A DNA stretch of 64,000 nucleotides from Oikopleura dioica (Eukaryota > Animalia > Chordata), in the NCBI GenBank assembly GCA_907165135.1, contig OU015566.1, positions 11,780,001 through 11,844,000 on the forward strand, read 5' to 3'. The position numbers were made by a program, and so were the translations under genes. This document shows, piece after piece, positions 25,673 through 39,200 of this stretch. Each line of letters begins with the position of its first letter. The first letter of the stretch is position 1. The notes beneath the pieces are model-generated. The model ran no database searches. It saw only the letters and a program-made list of their open reading frames with translations, and had not been told where the DNA came from.

Positions 25673-27573
25673 TTAGTAAATGAGCATGTTGTTCTTGTTG
25701 CCATATCCTCGTGGTCGAGTGATCTTGTCGTAGTTCTGGGTGATCGAGCGGTAGATAATGTTGTACTGCGAGCGGACGAGTCGGGCGCCATCTTGGAGTT
25801 TTCTGCAATGTCTTTCGTCGGCTTCGTAAATGTACTGAAATTGTCCGATGGAATAATAAAACATGGAAGTTTGAATCTACCTGCATGTAATCACGGATCT
25901 CGCCATTGGTCGCAAGTTTAGAAATCATCGTAGCGCGCTCAAGATGATAAGCTCCCTGTTCTTCAATGAGCATCAGCATGTAGATCTCACACTCTGAAAA
26001 AAGTCTCTAGAACGCACTGTTTATCCTCAAAAACTTACGTCTAAGCTGCACAAGCATGTTCTCCTGAACTTCAACGCCGAAAGTGTTTCCATCTTCGATC
26101 TTGGGAATCATCAAGGTGATCCAGTTGCGGAGAAGGATGACGGTATCGTAAAGGTTGAGGATCAATGGCTTCAAGAGAGTTGAAAGCTTGTGATTCGGCT
26201 CGTTGATCCCGATAGTGGGAGTTTCAAGCAGGGTTGGAAATGTAGCAGTGTAGTAATGTAGCAATGTAGCAATTGCTACATTTTTGCTACATGTTGATGT
26301 AGCAGGTGTAGCATGTACCAGCGTTTAAAAAGCGTGTAGCAAAGGGTAGCTTGCTACATTGCTACATTTTTCTGGGGATCATGATTTTTGTTCACTTCAA
26401 AGAAATTCTAGAGCAGATTTGTTATTATCGACTCCGAAATTCAACAGAAAATTTTCGTGAAAAAGCAAAAATTTCGTTCTAGAATGCATTCTTGCAAAAA
26501 TAAACATGACGAAAATACATTTTACAGTAACATTTGTCGTAAGAGACGATTTTTCAGCGTCTAACCACTTTGAACGTCTCTTTTGAGACCTAACAATACT
26601 CATTAGCAAAGAAGTAATCTAGTTTGAATTTAAAAATTTGGCGATAAATTCGATTTCGATTTCGATTTGGCGATAAATTCGAGGAGATGAAGATTTTTAT
26701 GTAGCAAGTGTAGCATGTAGCAGCGGTTTTCTTTGAGGGGATGTAGCGCGTGTAGCATGTAGCAGCAATATATTGCTACATTTCCAACCCTGGTTTCAAG
26801 ATCAGCTGCTTCCGCCTTCTCGGATCCTTCTGATGTATCTGAATGCCGAATTTTAGAGGAGGTAATCAGAAACCTTTCTTACTCGAAACTTTGATGTCCA
26901 AAGAAAGGTTAGAATCCTTGTTCTCCAATTTGAGACCTTCGCTCTTCTTGATGCTGCCTCGTCGTCGCTTTTTGCCAATGGTGACTTTCTCAGCAGCGGA
27001 GTCAGTCGACTCAACGCTCATGCTTGATTCTGTCTTGGTGTCAGCGCCAGGGAGATCAGCGGCCTCGTTATTATTTTCATCGGCATTCTCAGCGTTGGCA
27101 TTCTCCTCGTCGGCAGGTGCTGGGGGTTTCATACCGCCAAGGAGAAGACCGAGCGCTTGTTCGAGCTGCATTTGCTTTGCCTTTATAGAGCTCATGGATA
27201 CAGCAATTTTTAAAAGATTTTTCTCCATATTTCGAATTTTGATTATTTCTAGGATTCTATGCAAAAGATACTTTGAGCTCTTTCCTGATTAGCTTCGGCA
27301 ATCTCATCAAGCATCATTTCATATGATGAAACTGTTTCTTCCGTGAAATCACGAACTTCATCCTAATCAATCAAATTAGTAGAGGTCTAAGTTTTCAATT
27401 ACCTGGAAATCACTTTTCATCATGCTATTCTGAAGAACTTCATCGAGCTTGGCGAGCTCTTCGGGGATAACAGTGCTCAAAACCTTCTCGGCCTTTTTCT
27501 GAAGCTTGGCTCTGTAGCTATCGACGACTGGGATGCAGTCGCGATCCAGAGAGACTAATGATGGTCGGGGCAT
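25673..27573 (-). CDS. PSME3: Proteasome activator PA28/11S subunit, PA28gamma-like; interrupted by a MITE in this sequence
   Basis: VDSYRAKLQKKAEKVLSTVIPEELAKLDEVL; WITLMIPKIEDGNTFGVEVQE; C-terminus YDKITRPRG...LIY*; KKRRR in the insert region. Confidence 0.88.
26229..26792. mobile_element. Non-autonomous hAT-type MITE, 564 bp
   Basis: Perfect 19-bp TIRs cagggttggaaatgtagca / tgctacatttccaaccctg; perfect 8-bp TSD gtttcaag (26221-26228, 26793-26800); many subterminal tgtagca/tgctaca repeats; no transposase ORF. Confidence 0.95.
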
Positions 27574-27961
27574 GTTCCTTATTTTTAAATTTTAAAATGA
27601 GCTTCACATCATGAGAGAATAAAAATCAATTAATCGTGCGTTCACTACCTTTCAAATTTATAAACTAAAGACTATTTTGAATTTTTTCAATAACAGAATG
27701 GATGTTCTAGAAAATATGATTACATGTATACCAAAGTTGAACCCTGCCCGAGCAAGAACCTCCAATACCTTTTGGTATTTTGCCTTCCATGCGCAGATTT
27801 GAAGTTCAAAAGCTGTCAAGACCGGATACAAGACTGTCTCAGTGTCAGAGTGAAGAGCAGTAGAGTGTTGTCATAAAAAAACGTTGTTACCAGGTTCTTT
27901 CGCCAAAACATCGCTAGTCTCTTCAAGAGATCGTTCACCTTAGGTAGGACACTAGTAGGAC

Positions 27962-30900
27962 ATGGAGGAAGAAAAAGAAGCAAAGTCAAATAAGATACTA
28001 ATATGGGAAACGCGAGTTCAGGTACTGTATTCGAACTGTCTTTAGTCGGACTGGCAGATTACTGCGTTAACTAACTTTGAAATAAGTGTTTGGACTGCCA
28101 CTGTGTCGGCGTTCTAAATCAAATTGATGGAAAGGTGGTTTTATTCTCGGAAGATATTCTATCCACTCGAAGCATTCACACGCAAAAAGAAGATCTTCAC
28201 AAGACGAAAAAGTGGAAGAAAAAGGTCACTGAAAAACTAAGCTTTGCTAACCATGGATTTTCCACGGGAAAACAAAAAAGAACACATGTTGCAGTCGGAT
28301 TTCTATTTTGGATGACCATTGTCCTCATTGGTAGGCTTATCTGAAAATACTAATATTTTAATGGTTTAGCGAATTTTTACTCTCTGGAGAGATCCCGCGG
28401 CGTGACAACTTTTCTGACTTCGACTTGCCATAGAAACTACAAAAAGTGCGTGCGGATTGAAACGATGGACTTCTGTGCTTCTCTTATGAGAAAGTGCCGC
28501 GAAACAGGAAAATTCAACCTTTCTTACCGAACTGCTATCATGGAGGGAGGAGAAAAAGATGACGTCGTCTTTTCGGAAGAAGAAAACAACTTAAATCTTC
28601 GTCGATGTCAGAAGAAACAGTTTTACGATCAAAGCGTTTGCCGTCACCTTTGTTCTAAGACACTTGTTTTGAAATCAACGAAGACTGTTCCATTTTCACC
28701 CTGTGAATTGATCTGCTTCGAACTAACTAGATCATTTGATTCGGCCGGAGAGGTTTGTCCCACCCAAAAATACTGTTCAAATGGCTGCCCTTGTCCTTTT
28801 TACCAGTGTGAAAAATTTGAATGGCAACAGAAGCTGATCCCTGTTTTCGATCTGGAAAAGAGAACGTCTTCAATCGAAGCAGCGACAATTTCTGATGAGT
28901 CGATATCAGCAACGACTCCGTCAATAGAAACAGAACTGGAAGGAGACAACAAAACAGATGCTGACTCTTCATTCGATTTCATGACTGGTTGGTGGAAGGA
29001 TCGCAAATCAAAAGCAGAAAAATTTTCATACGATTTTTCGGCAATTCTAGAATTACTTTCGAGCGACTTCTCCAATAGTTCTTCAACAACTACGTCTACA
29101 ACAACTGCAACGTCAACGTCATCCACTCAATCCACGACCTTTTTATCGAGAACAACCCAGTCCACCGTGACAGAAAGTATCAAATCAAAAAGTTCTTTAT
29201 CGACTGAATGGATAACTGGCCGGTGGACAGACCAGAAATCCAAGACATATCCGCTTCTTCTTTATGATTTTTCAGAAAGCAAAAAAGCAGTTCAGATAGA
29301 GACTTCTGACTCGTTTCTCTCCTATGAACGTTTTCAAGAAAAAATACCTGAAAGAAAGATAAAAAAATAACAAAATCATGAAAACCTTCAAGTCCACCGG
29401 TGCAACTTATCTCGAAGGGGAGCATTATCTGGTCGACGCTGAAGGAAACCTAATGAAAGTCAAGGAAAACGGAAACGAACCAATCTTTATTCCAAATCTT
29501 CGAAAGGATACGTAAGTATCAAATCTGCTCCTTCATCAACGAGCTGTCATTTTAAAGGGGATGGTTTGTATTCCATTTTGGTTCGTCGATAGGAACTCAT
29601 CAAATTGAAATCAGGCGCAAGGATAAAGGCAAAAAGGTCTTTTCCGTCGTAGTCATCTGAAAACGGTCAAAAATTAAAAAACCCTTCTCGAATATCAAGA
29701 GTTTTTGACCGGTAAAAGTTCTCCATCAGGAAGGCCAGACAAATGCTATTACTACGCCCCCAACTACAACTTGAATCGTTTTGAAGAAGCACAGGGTTTT
29801 ATTGCAAGCAAGCACTTTAATGCAAAGGTCTCTTCTGTCAGTTTGAACGGAGTTTTCCATCTTATGAGCATCATGCTCGGCGAAAAATGGATTAAACTTT
29901 CGAAAACTGTGGCGCTGAACAGAATCCGAGCAAGTGAAGAATTCGAGAAAGGATGGAAAAAGGGTGAAGTTGCTCTGCCCGTTCAATTCAGGGACCTGGA
30001 CCCAGTCCATGTCATTCCATTGATAGGAGTTTGAAGCTGAATCTCGACTTAATTTCTTATAAGAATGAGCAAATAAACTCAAGAAAGATCGATTTAGGAA
30101 AGCTGCTTATTATTCTAGTGACAAGGAGCATCACGCTCTCTAACACACTGTACTCATTGTTGCTGGAGGTAGAAGGTAAGTATCTAGTTCTGGGCAGCGA
30201 GTGGATCGGGTCTCTTGTAAAATACGAAGAAAGATCAATTTGTTACTCGAAGTTATTTTCTTCAAGAGATCGATATTATACTGATCAAAGTGGCTTTAAT
30301 AACGATGAATGCGAGTACTTTGGAAACGGAATCATCAACGATGAGAAAGTCTATTTTCAGAATTATGTTTTTGACACCACCTTTTTCATCAAATTTGGCT
30401 TCGGAAGGAATTAAAAATATCTAATTAGTCGATTCGTGACGTTCTGAAACGGAAAGGTTATTCTTAATTCTGTCGAAAAGAGAATATTGACATCGAGTTC
30501 ATTCAACAAAAGCCATTGAAGAAAATGCATGCAACCAGCAATCCATTATTCGCATTTCACGACGACGTTTTTCCTTCTTTCGCCAAAAATGCTGTATCTC
30601 AACCCCGCTTTCCCGCTTCAAATTATTATTACAAAACACTTATTCCTGATAACATATTTTTCTCACTTAAAGAATTAGAGCATGTTTCAACTTTTGAGAT
30701 GAAATTCGAGGAAACCGAAAAATTTCAAATCGAATTTGATTTTCAGGTGAAAATGATTTTTATTCTTTCTTTTATATTTTTAAAAGTCGACGCAAAATAA
30801 CGGCGAATTCAAAATATTTGAACTAAAATTCTTCGATGAGGAAAGTCTATTGATATTAGGAAGTAACGCCAATCGTTCACTGTGGATTGATTCTAATTAT

Positions 30901-32496
30901 TTTGATAAGAAAGCCATTTTTAAAATGAAGACACCTGAAATCAAAGAAGTCGAATTCTATTTTCATGTGAATGTGCCATCAGAGTCGTATTCTTTTGAGA
31001 TCTTCGAGGAGTAGTTTCAATTGCAAAGCATTTATTAAGTATTTACCTAGCAGTAGCGTCTAACTCATATTGAAACTGAACAAAAAGAAAAACCAGGATC
31101 AAAGCGAAATTATAGACATAAAAGACATGTCTAAAGTTGTCAAAATGGAAAACAAAAAGGTCAGAGTAATCAAGTATGACAAGGGCGTTGGAACAAAAAA
31201 TTTTCTTCATTCTTCTGATTTATCCTACCAAGTGAATGTTATATTACCGTCATCTCATTTTACTCTCGGAAGGTCTTAAATTTTAGGACTTGAAATCAGA
31301 CCGAAAGTTTAAGGCCATAATAAGCCAAAGAAAATGTACCTTTCAGTCTTCGCATCAGTTCAAAGGAGTCTTTTCGAAAAAAATCGACGCTGAAACCTCC
31401 GACTGATTCTCAATTAACAGTGGCTAAGTATGTTTACTGGACAAAACACGCGATTGTTCACGGTCGAGTCCACATCTTTGGCGGATTCAATCGTATCACA
31501 AAAGTTGAGTGATAGTTAAATTTTAGTGTTACTTGACTTGATAATAGATTGCTCGGCTGGAAGGTTGTTTATTTATAGAATTAGAAGCTCATCTGAACTT
31601 TCCATATCATTTTGGACATGCAGTAGTAAGTGTTGATAAAGGCAGTCATGGTGAGGATTTATGATTAACATAAAATGTTTCCTTTTTCAGCAATTATTTG
31701 TTTTGACATGAAACGTGAACGAAAATGTGAAAAATTCAATGGAAAAGCCTCCAGAAAAATAAGGCCGACGAAAATCAAACATTCTGAAGGTGGCCTGGGG
31801 ATCTACAAAGGTAGTCTAACAGCTATTGGTGGACATGGAGCAAACGGAACAGCTGAAAGATCAACTGACAATGGCTGGGTCTCCATAAATGCTCATCCAA
31901 GGTAATAGTGGGAAGGGCGATAACGGAGTTATACAGGATTTCAGATGGATAAGAAGCTTTTCCACGATAGGACTGCCTTCAGGAGTACTTTTGACAGTTG
32001 GCGGGCACGATTCCAAAAGAGGAAAAAGATTAAATGAAATATGGCGACTAATGGACAACGAATGGTCGAAAATTGGCTCTCTTTCTCAAGTAACCTTCTT
32101 GAAGCCTCGAAAATTTCTTAAATATTTATCTCAGGCTGTTGAATGGCCATCAACTATCCTGATCGAAAACTCTATTTATTTATTTCCTGGTCATGTTCAT
32201 AGCGATAATCCGTTTTCAATGTTGTGGTCTTCATTATGTAAATCGCCCATCGAAAAAATTGACTTAGGTCAGGGTAAACGAAATCCATCATTTTAGAAAG
32301 ATTTTCATGTAAGACAAACTTTTCATGATAATGTATTATTATTAGTTAGTATAGCGAATAAACTATGTCAGAATTTTCGGATTTCCTGAAAGATTCAAAA
32401 GACAACATTCTCTCCATCGATGTTATTGCAGAACAAGAAGGTGAAGCCAAGTATCCAGTTATTTTTGTTTCCCCTGTAGATTACTGTACTGAGTAG
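27962..32496 (+). CDS. Large multi-exon protein: N-terminal TM, Cys-rich motif, S/T stretch, degenerate kelch-like repeats (possibly more than one gene)
   Basis: VAVGFLFWMTIVLI; CPTQKYCSNGCPCPFYQC; VHIFGG, AIICFD...CEKFNG, LTAIGG, LLTVGG; ends YPVIFVSPVDYCTE*. Internal splicing is not fully resolved. Confidence 0.6.
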
Positions 32497-32791
32497 AACT
32501 GCTAGTATAGTTTGTCGATATACTGTATGAAATCAAGTTTTATATTTTCTTCAAAAATCTTATTTCGAAAAAAAAGTGTTTTCTGCTCAAAATATCTTCT
32601 ATTTTACTTGATTCAATATCGACAATAGCTTCAGTAAGTTAAAATACACCACTAAAATCTTTATTTCGAGGATCGATAAAAAGATATCTTGCAATTTAAA
32701 GTAAACAGGCTTGACGGGTTTGTATAATAACTTCTTAATTATCCGCTCATTACATACCGAAAATGGTATTCATTCATCCTTACACTTTAAA

Positions 32792-34047
32792 ATGCGCTTC
32801 TGCGAGATGAACGCGCATTATATTCCAAAAGGTTGTCCAGAAAAGAGATCTTACGCGACTCTGCCTTATGAAAGCGGACAGTTTTCATGGAGCGACATGC
32901 GGTTTTATGGCTCAGGTAATGACTCGCTGCTTATTTTATTTTTTTTGATAAAAGAGGAATTTATTCTAGTCCAGCCAAGTCGACATGCGTTCTACCACGG
33001 AATCGCTGGGTTCTTGCTCTGTGTCTTTGGATCGATTTCGCTAGTGCGTCCGATTTTCGCAGTGGCTAATTTTGTAAGAATCATGTTATTAATATCATAT
33101 TAATTAAATGTAGGTAATATTTCTTGCTGGGTGCTTGATGATATTTGCGTCAACGATCAATGCTTTTGCACAGTCAATCAAAGTGACCTGCATTATTTGC
33201 TTGCTTACAACAATAACAAGTATTTCGATGAATATCTTTATTTTAAAGCAAATGTGGCTCATCAGGAAAGAACTGGTCGAGATTCACGGAAAGGCTTGAT
33301 TCCCCAAGTTCCGATAATTGAAAAATAGATTATTGAAGAAAGCCGACAGATAAGCGCGAAAATGTCCTCGGACTTTGGGTCAGCGTTGGCTCTGTTATGG
33401 TAGGAGTTTTTGAAGTTCTTCTTGGACTATCTTGCCTAAGCGCGCTTTTCAATTACTGTAAGTCAAACATTCAATTTTTATGTCGATGATTTTTCAGATG
33501 AAATGGTCGAAAAAGCTGGGGCGAATCACGATCTCCGAATTTTGGCAAAAATTTACCCCGAAGTATACCGCGATGATGCTTCCAACGGTAAAAAAAACAC
33601 CATCGTTTCATCGCTTTTCTATGTGTAGCTTCCTCGTTGTCTCCACCTCCGAACAGAAAAAGCGTCAAACACAATCATCAGCGAAGAACGCGAGTGAACA
33701 AACGCGCTAGCAGGAAATGTTCTCTTCTTTTTTCAACTAAATCAGTTGAAATAATCAAAGCAAGAGAGAACGCGGGGAAAAGTGTTTTGTCGAAGAAACC
33801 ATACGCGCTGTCAGATCTCGGGGACGCCGGATACGCCGAGGATATCCTCCAAGACATCGAAAACGAGCAAACTGGAGGGGGCCTTGACGAAATCAACGGA
33901 ATGGACTTTAACGCAGTTCAGCAACTAGACGACGAGGTCGACATTGTCATGAACGAAATCAACATGAACGAAAGCAACAACAGCGCTTTTGGACTGTTTG
34001 AAGAAGACGACGAGTTCTGTAATGACTTTTGTAGATATCGAGTGTAG
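32792..34047 (+). CDS. Uncharacterised small membrane protein with acidic C-terminus
   Basis: Hydrophobic exons (GIAGFLLCVFGSISLVRPIFAVANF, VIFLAGCLMIFASTINAF) bounded by GT/AG sites; last exon ends DEFCNDFCRYRV* followed by AATAAA. Confidence 0.45.
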
Positions 34048-34631
34048 AATAAAGCTAAGTCTCCCGCGGCGAATTCGATAAGCACCGAAGAATAAGTAGT
34101 TAGTCCTTATCCGGATAATACTGATTTAGAGCTAACTCGGTGCGACATCAAAATTTTTTTCCTTAAAAAATCATGATCAAGTCTATTTACATTTCGACTC
34201 TTATTTGAGTACCTTCTTTATTTTTCCGAACGTAAATCTAACTTGCTAAATCTGCATCTGATTAAATATTCTGACAAGGAGAATGAGACGTTCAAATGTG
34301 GCGGGTCGCTTCTGCCCTCGCTTGCAGAATTTGATCGGAGCGGCTCCAACCACCGCGGTATTGCGCCGCCTCCACCAAAGCCAAAGGCCACGTCGCCTAT
34401 CTCACCGGCAAGAAAGGGTTTAAATTTCAACAGTTATTCTGACCTTCGAAATAATAACCACGAGAAACAGACAAAATGCAGGTTATCCAACTCAGGAATG
34501 ATCCAAACTCTCAACAAAAAAATTTTAGACGAGAAAAATGCTCTTTGAAGATATTTTCAGCCTCGAAAATAAAATAATAAATACTTATGAAAAAAATTTT
34601 TTTTTTAATTGTTCGTTTTGATAGTTTCATA

Positions 34632-35045
34632 ATGAAAAGTCACTAATTTTGTCACTAAAAGAAAGTCAACGAGTTCGGGATCACAAAAAAGAAAAAATAA
34701 TATAGTAAAGCTGTCTTTGATATTTTTCATACTTTTGGTGATAATTGGAGTAGCGCACCACCACTCGGGCAAGAATCATAAGAAGCACAAGAAAATCAAA
34801 AATAAGCATCACGAGGTAATCTCTTGAAAAGGCGCACAAATGCTCTGAAAAAGAATTTTCGTAACGTTAGAATCTAAAGTTAAGAATCGTAGTGCTCTTT
34901 GAATTAAAATGAGATTTTGATGCAATAATGGGATTCTGATTACTTAAAAAATTTTTAGGGATCTGGCGAAGAAGAAAACCACCCACGAGGAAAGAAGCGA
35001 GTCAAACGAGCAGTGGTTGACCTCTACGATACAAATGAGAACTGA
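34632..35045 (+). CDS. 67-aa secreted His/Lys-rich prepropeptide, 3 exons
   Basis: Exons 34632-34638, 34706-34815, 34959-35045 give MKIKLSLIFFILLVIIGVA-HHHSGKNHKKHKKIKNKHHEGSGEEENHPRGKKRVKR-AVVDLYDTNEN*; AATAAA at ~35117. The 7-nt first exon is the least certain part. Confidence 0.7.
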
Positions 35046-36293
35046 AGTGGACACTAATTGCCGCGCTTAAAAAATTATGAAGGGACGAAAAATATTCTGG
35101 CTGCCTATTTCTATTCAATAAATATAAAAACTTTTTATACTTGACAATCGTTATCGTTGTTTAACCTTTATCTGCCGGGCCCCGGAGCATCGAAATCGCA
35201 AAAACGATAATATCGTTTTTGTTCTTATTTTATGTAGAACAGCCGCAACTCAGAATGACAAGTGATGATTATCAGTTTGTTCGCCAGCCTAAAAAAGAAA
35301 AAATATCATTCATTGAATCGTAAAAATAGCAAATTATACTCCAGCTTTAGACTGTGAGATGACAGTGTCATCTTAACATTTTTTTCCGCGAGATAATTTA
35401 CAGATGGAAACTCTAAAACTTGACTGAAGATCTTCCGGAATAAATTGTATGGCTAAAAACACGTATAGAAACGTGCGATAAATTTTTTAGTTTCGAAACC
35501 TGAATTTAAAGTGAACCACACTTTATTTTCAGTTTGGCTAAGCTGGATGAGCTTAAACTTTCCATGCTCCGACAATGTTATTTACACAGACTAGCAAATT
35601 CTAAAATCTAAATTCTAAAAAGTGAAATTTAAAAACTTCTAAGAAAAAAAAAGCAGGATTGCTTCAATATACCATTTATTGTCACCTGAGATAAATCATT
35701 GAATTATACCGCAAATATGATTAACCCCTCATAATTAACCTTTCACATTTTCTTCTCTAAACTAAGAGATTCTTTGAAAATCAGAGTTTGAAATGCTGTC
35801 AAAATATCCGTATTCGAAATTTTTCCGGACTGAGATATATCCTAAACATTGTGACAGAATCTTCCGCAGAATACGACAAAATCGCAAAATACTGTCGCAT
35901 TTTATTACTCTTAAAAATAGAAATCACCTTTTAGCTCTTTTTTTTAATGATTCATGCAATCCGTGTGTTATTTATTAGTTTAAAAAATTCTTAATCGAAT
36001 AAAAATTATATGATATTTTACAAATCATATTTACTAGAACGTCAACTGTTTTAACAAACAAGCAAAGGCTTAATACAGATCATGTTCGATTTATAAATAA
36101 TATCTATTGTAACCCAAATTTTCCTACTACATTCAGTACGAACTTAATATTAGGATAAGATGAGAAAGTTTCTGTATAGAATTTAGTCCATCAGTTTCGG
36201 GTATGCACGGCGATCTTTTTGGCGCTAGAAGTTCGACGCTTGATGGTTACTTGAGGCCAGCGCTTTCCCTATAAAAGCGAGTCGCATCTAGAA

Positions 36294-39200
36294 ATGTATG
36301 AAATATCACATATGAGTATTAAATTATTTCTCTGTTTCATTTATGTAACAAATGCCCGTTATAATCAGTTTCTTGATTTTTGGGAAGCGGCAGATGAGTT
36401 TTCCTTTAAGCTAGGAAAATCACTAGAGAAAAAGAATGGAACTTACCTTATTAGAAAATACGACAAGGTCAGAGAAGTGATGAAATTCTATAAAAATGGA
36501 GAATTCGGTGATTGTCGCTATGGCAAGAGAAACCAGATGACTTTCCAGCCATCCTACGAAGAAATTTACGTTGAAGAGTTCGATATGAAAAAAGCGCTCT
36601 CGGAAAATATTCTTAATTTTGCAAATATGCTTGAAGACTGGATTAACTCCTACGTTTGTCTCGGATATAATGGCAAAAAGAGAGTGCTTACAAATGCTAG
36701 GGAATCTGTAGAAGAAATTAAATCATTGGCAATATTGCCTGAGTATCAACCTCAAGAGTTCTCTTACTTCTCTACTTATGGAACATACGCAGAAGCAAAA
36801 GCCGAATGCTTGAATGAGGGCGGTTGGCTCTTTACACTTGATGATAACGAAGAAGACAGAAACAGATTCGACTATTTTCTATCGCTGATGATTATTCCGT
36901 GGGGAACACGATGGATTGAAACAGAAAACATGTGTGCTACAACAAACAAGAAAGGAGAAATTGAGGATCTCGGTGAATATGTAGGAAGCACTGAACAAAT
37001 CCAAAGATGCAATAGAGGCACTCACGGACTGTGTGAAAAAGGCCAATATCTGCCACAATGTAACGAAAAAATCCTCGCGAATAGTAATCAAGAGTGTCCA
37101 ACTGGGCAAGTGCTAAAATGTTCGAGTCCGTGCGCAGAGAAAATGGACTGCTACGATGTTGCCGCCGGTCGAACAACTGATTATTTCTGCGGACTGAATA
37201 CTGTCCCAGCACTGCAGGTTGTCTGTGGCTGTCCCGAAGGATACATTTGGAAATCTGACCATGGATCCGAGAAGCATTGCGTAGCGATTAACGAATGTGG
37301 TTGTAAAGACTCTCAGCTCAATCTCGAAGGCAATACCTGGGTATAGGGGTCGACTATTTATCTAAATAAATGCTAATTGGTGTTCCTAAGCGTAACAAAC
37401 GTTTAAAAAATATTAGACAATTCTTACTGATGATTGATGATATCAATAAAATATACCTTGACCCTTATTTATAGTCACTCTCTGATATCGGACGTGTTGT
37501 CGATGATTGTGAGAACGGAAAATGCATTTGCAAGGGACTGCTGTTTGGATGGGATTGCGAGCAATATAAGAGCCCATGTGATGAATTTGAAAATTGTGAT
37601 ACACTCGTTTGTGAGAAACCAGCTGTTTCGACAAGACTAGGCTCACACTTGAAAAGTATAACGACGGCTGATCGATACGAGCTTGGCTTAGAGTTCACTT
37701 GCAATGAACATAAAACGTATTACGATGAAGACCTCTATGATTATTGGCATCGATACAGCGTTGTGATAAACGGTCCTTCATATACGCGAACGTCAGGTGA
37801 CTGGATGTGGTTCGGCATCAGTCACTTCACAAAACACGATCCGGACGAGTTCAGCGTAATCATGTAAGCGTGCTTATTTCCGAATTTTCTTAAATATTTT
37901 ACGTTGAAGAGAGTGGCCACGATTAGCTTCCGGTGATGTGCGGGCCCTATGCAAAAAAAACGCGGATGGAAGTTACGATTGGAACAAGGTCAAAGTTTTT
38001 CAAGATTATGATGATGCAACTGAGACTTATACAAAAACCATTTTTGCGAATGGTGAAAAGGTTTTTGAAGAGAGTTATAATGTCGTTACAGATATTCACA
38101 ATGTCACATGGTGGCCCTTTCCATACAATGGAAATCTAGGAGTAAATCTAGGTCCCAGGGAATCAGGCCAGTTTCCCGCAGAAGGATCTATGAATCGAAA
38201 TTTTTACTATCGAAAACTAGAGGCTGGTGGTTGCCTGACACCAGAGGGTGAGTATGTCGATAAGGGTTTTCGAACATGGTCTTGCGAAAGGGGTAATTGC
38301 GAATGTGGAGACGATGGTTACATTTGTGATGCCTTAGATGTCGAACCTACTGATCCTTGCGAAAATTATGATAACTGCACGACTTTCATCTGTAGCACGC
38401 CAAGATACACTGTAGCAGGAGCAGAAGGAGTCATTGCCATGCTTATACCAGATAAGAACTACCAGATCGGATTCGAAATGACATGCTATGATGGCCTTAT
38501 AAACGGTTTTTACGCGCCAAGAATTTGGAGTGAGAGCCAACCAAGATGGTTCGAAGTTTTTCAGGAAGACGGAGAATGGAGCTACTCATATTTTATATCA
38601 ACGTACGATTAAATTTTATTTATAAATTAACCTTTTCTAGAGAGTATGGGTCGCGGTTCAACTCGAAAAATTACACAATGATAACTCCACGTTGTGCTAG
38701 AGGAGAATGGAACAAAATTATTTTAACACAGACCTACGATGAGCTAGCAGATACTTACAGAAAGAAAATATTTGTATATGATTGGTATCATATGGACACG
38801 CCAATTTACGGATCACATTTTTCTCCATATCAAGATGAACTCTCTGTGGCTATCGGTGGTGGCACTGATGACAAAGAAACGGCAGAAGGGACAAAGTTGA
38901 GAAATTTTTACTACAGAAAAGTCAATCCTGGTGGCTGTTTCTTGCCTGATGGTCAATACGTAGACCATGGTTATTCAATCGATTCTTGCGACAAAGGGAG
39001 GTGCCAGTGCAATGATGGTTTATTTCCCTGCGAGAGATACACAAATCCATGTTTCGGTCAAGCAAACTGCGATACTTTGCTCTGTAGTATGGAAAGAAAT
39101 GCAACTAACGGCGAAGAAGCGATAGTTGGCAAAATTGAAGCCTATCATAGCTACGAAATGGGAATGGAACTAACTTGCACGAACACGAGTCTTGAAGAGG

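Noticed and set aside
26229-26792. tgtagca repeats as a CRISPR-like or satellite array
   Set aside because: Irregular 7-bp motifs in both orientations inside TIRs; explained as transposon subterminal repeats.
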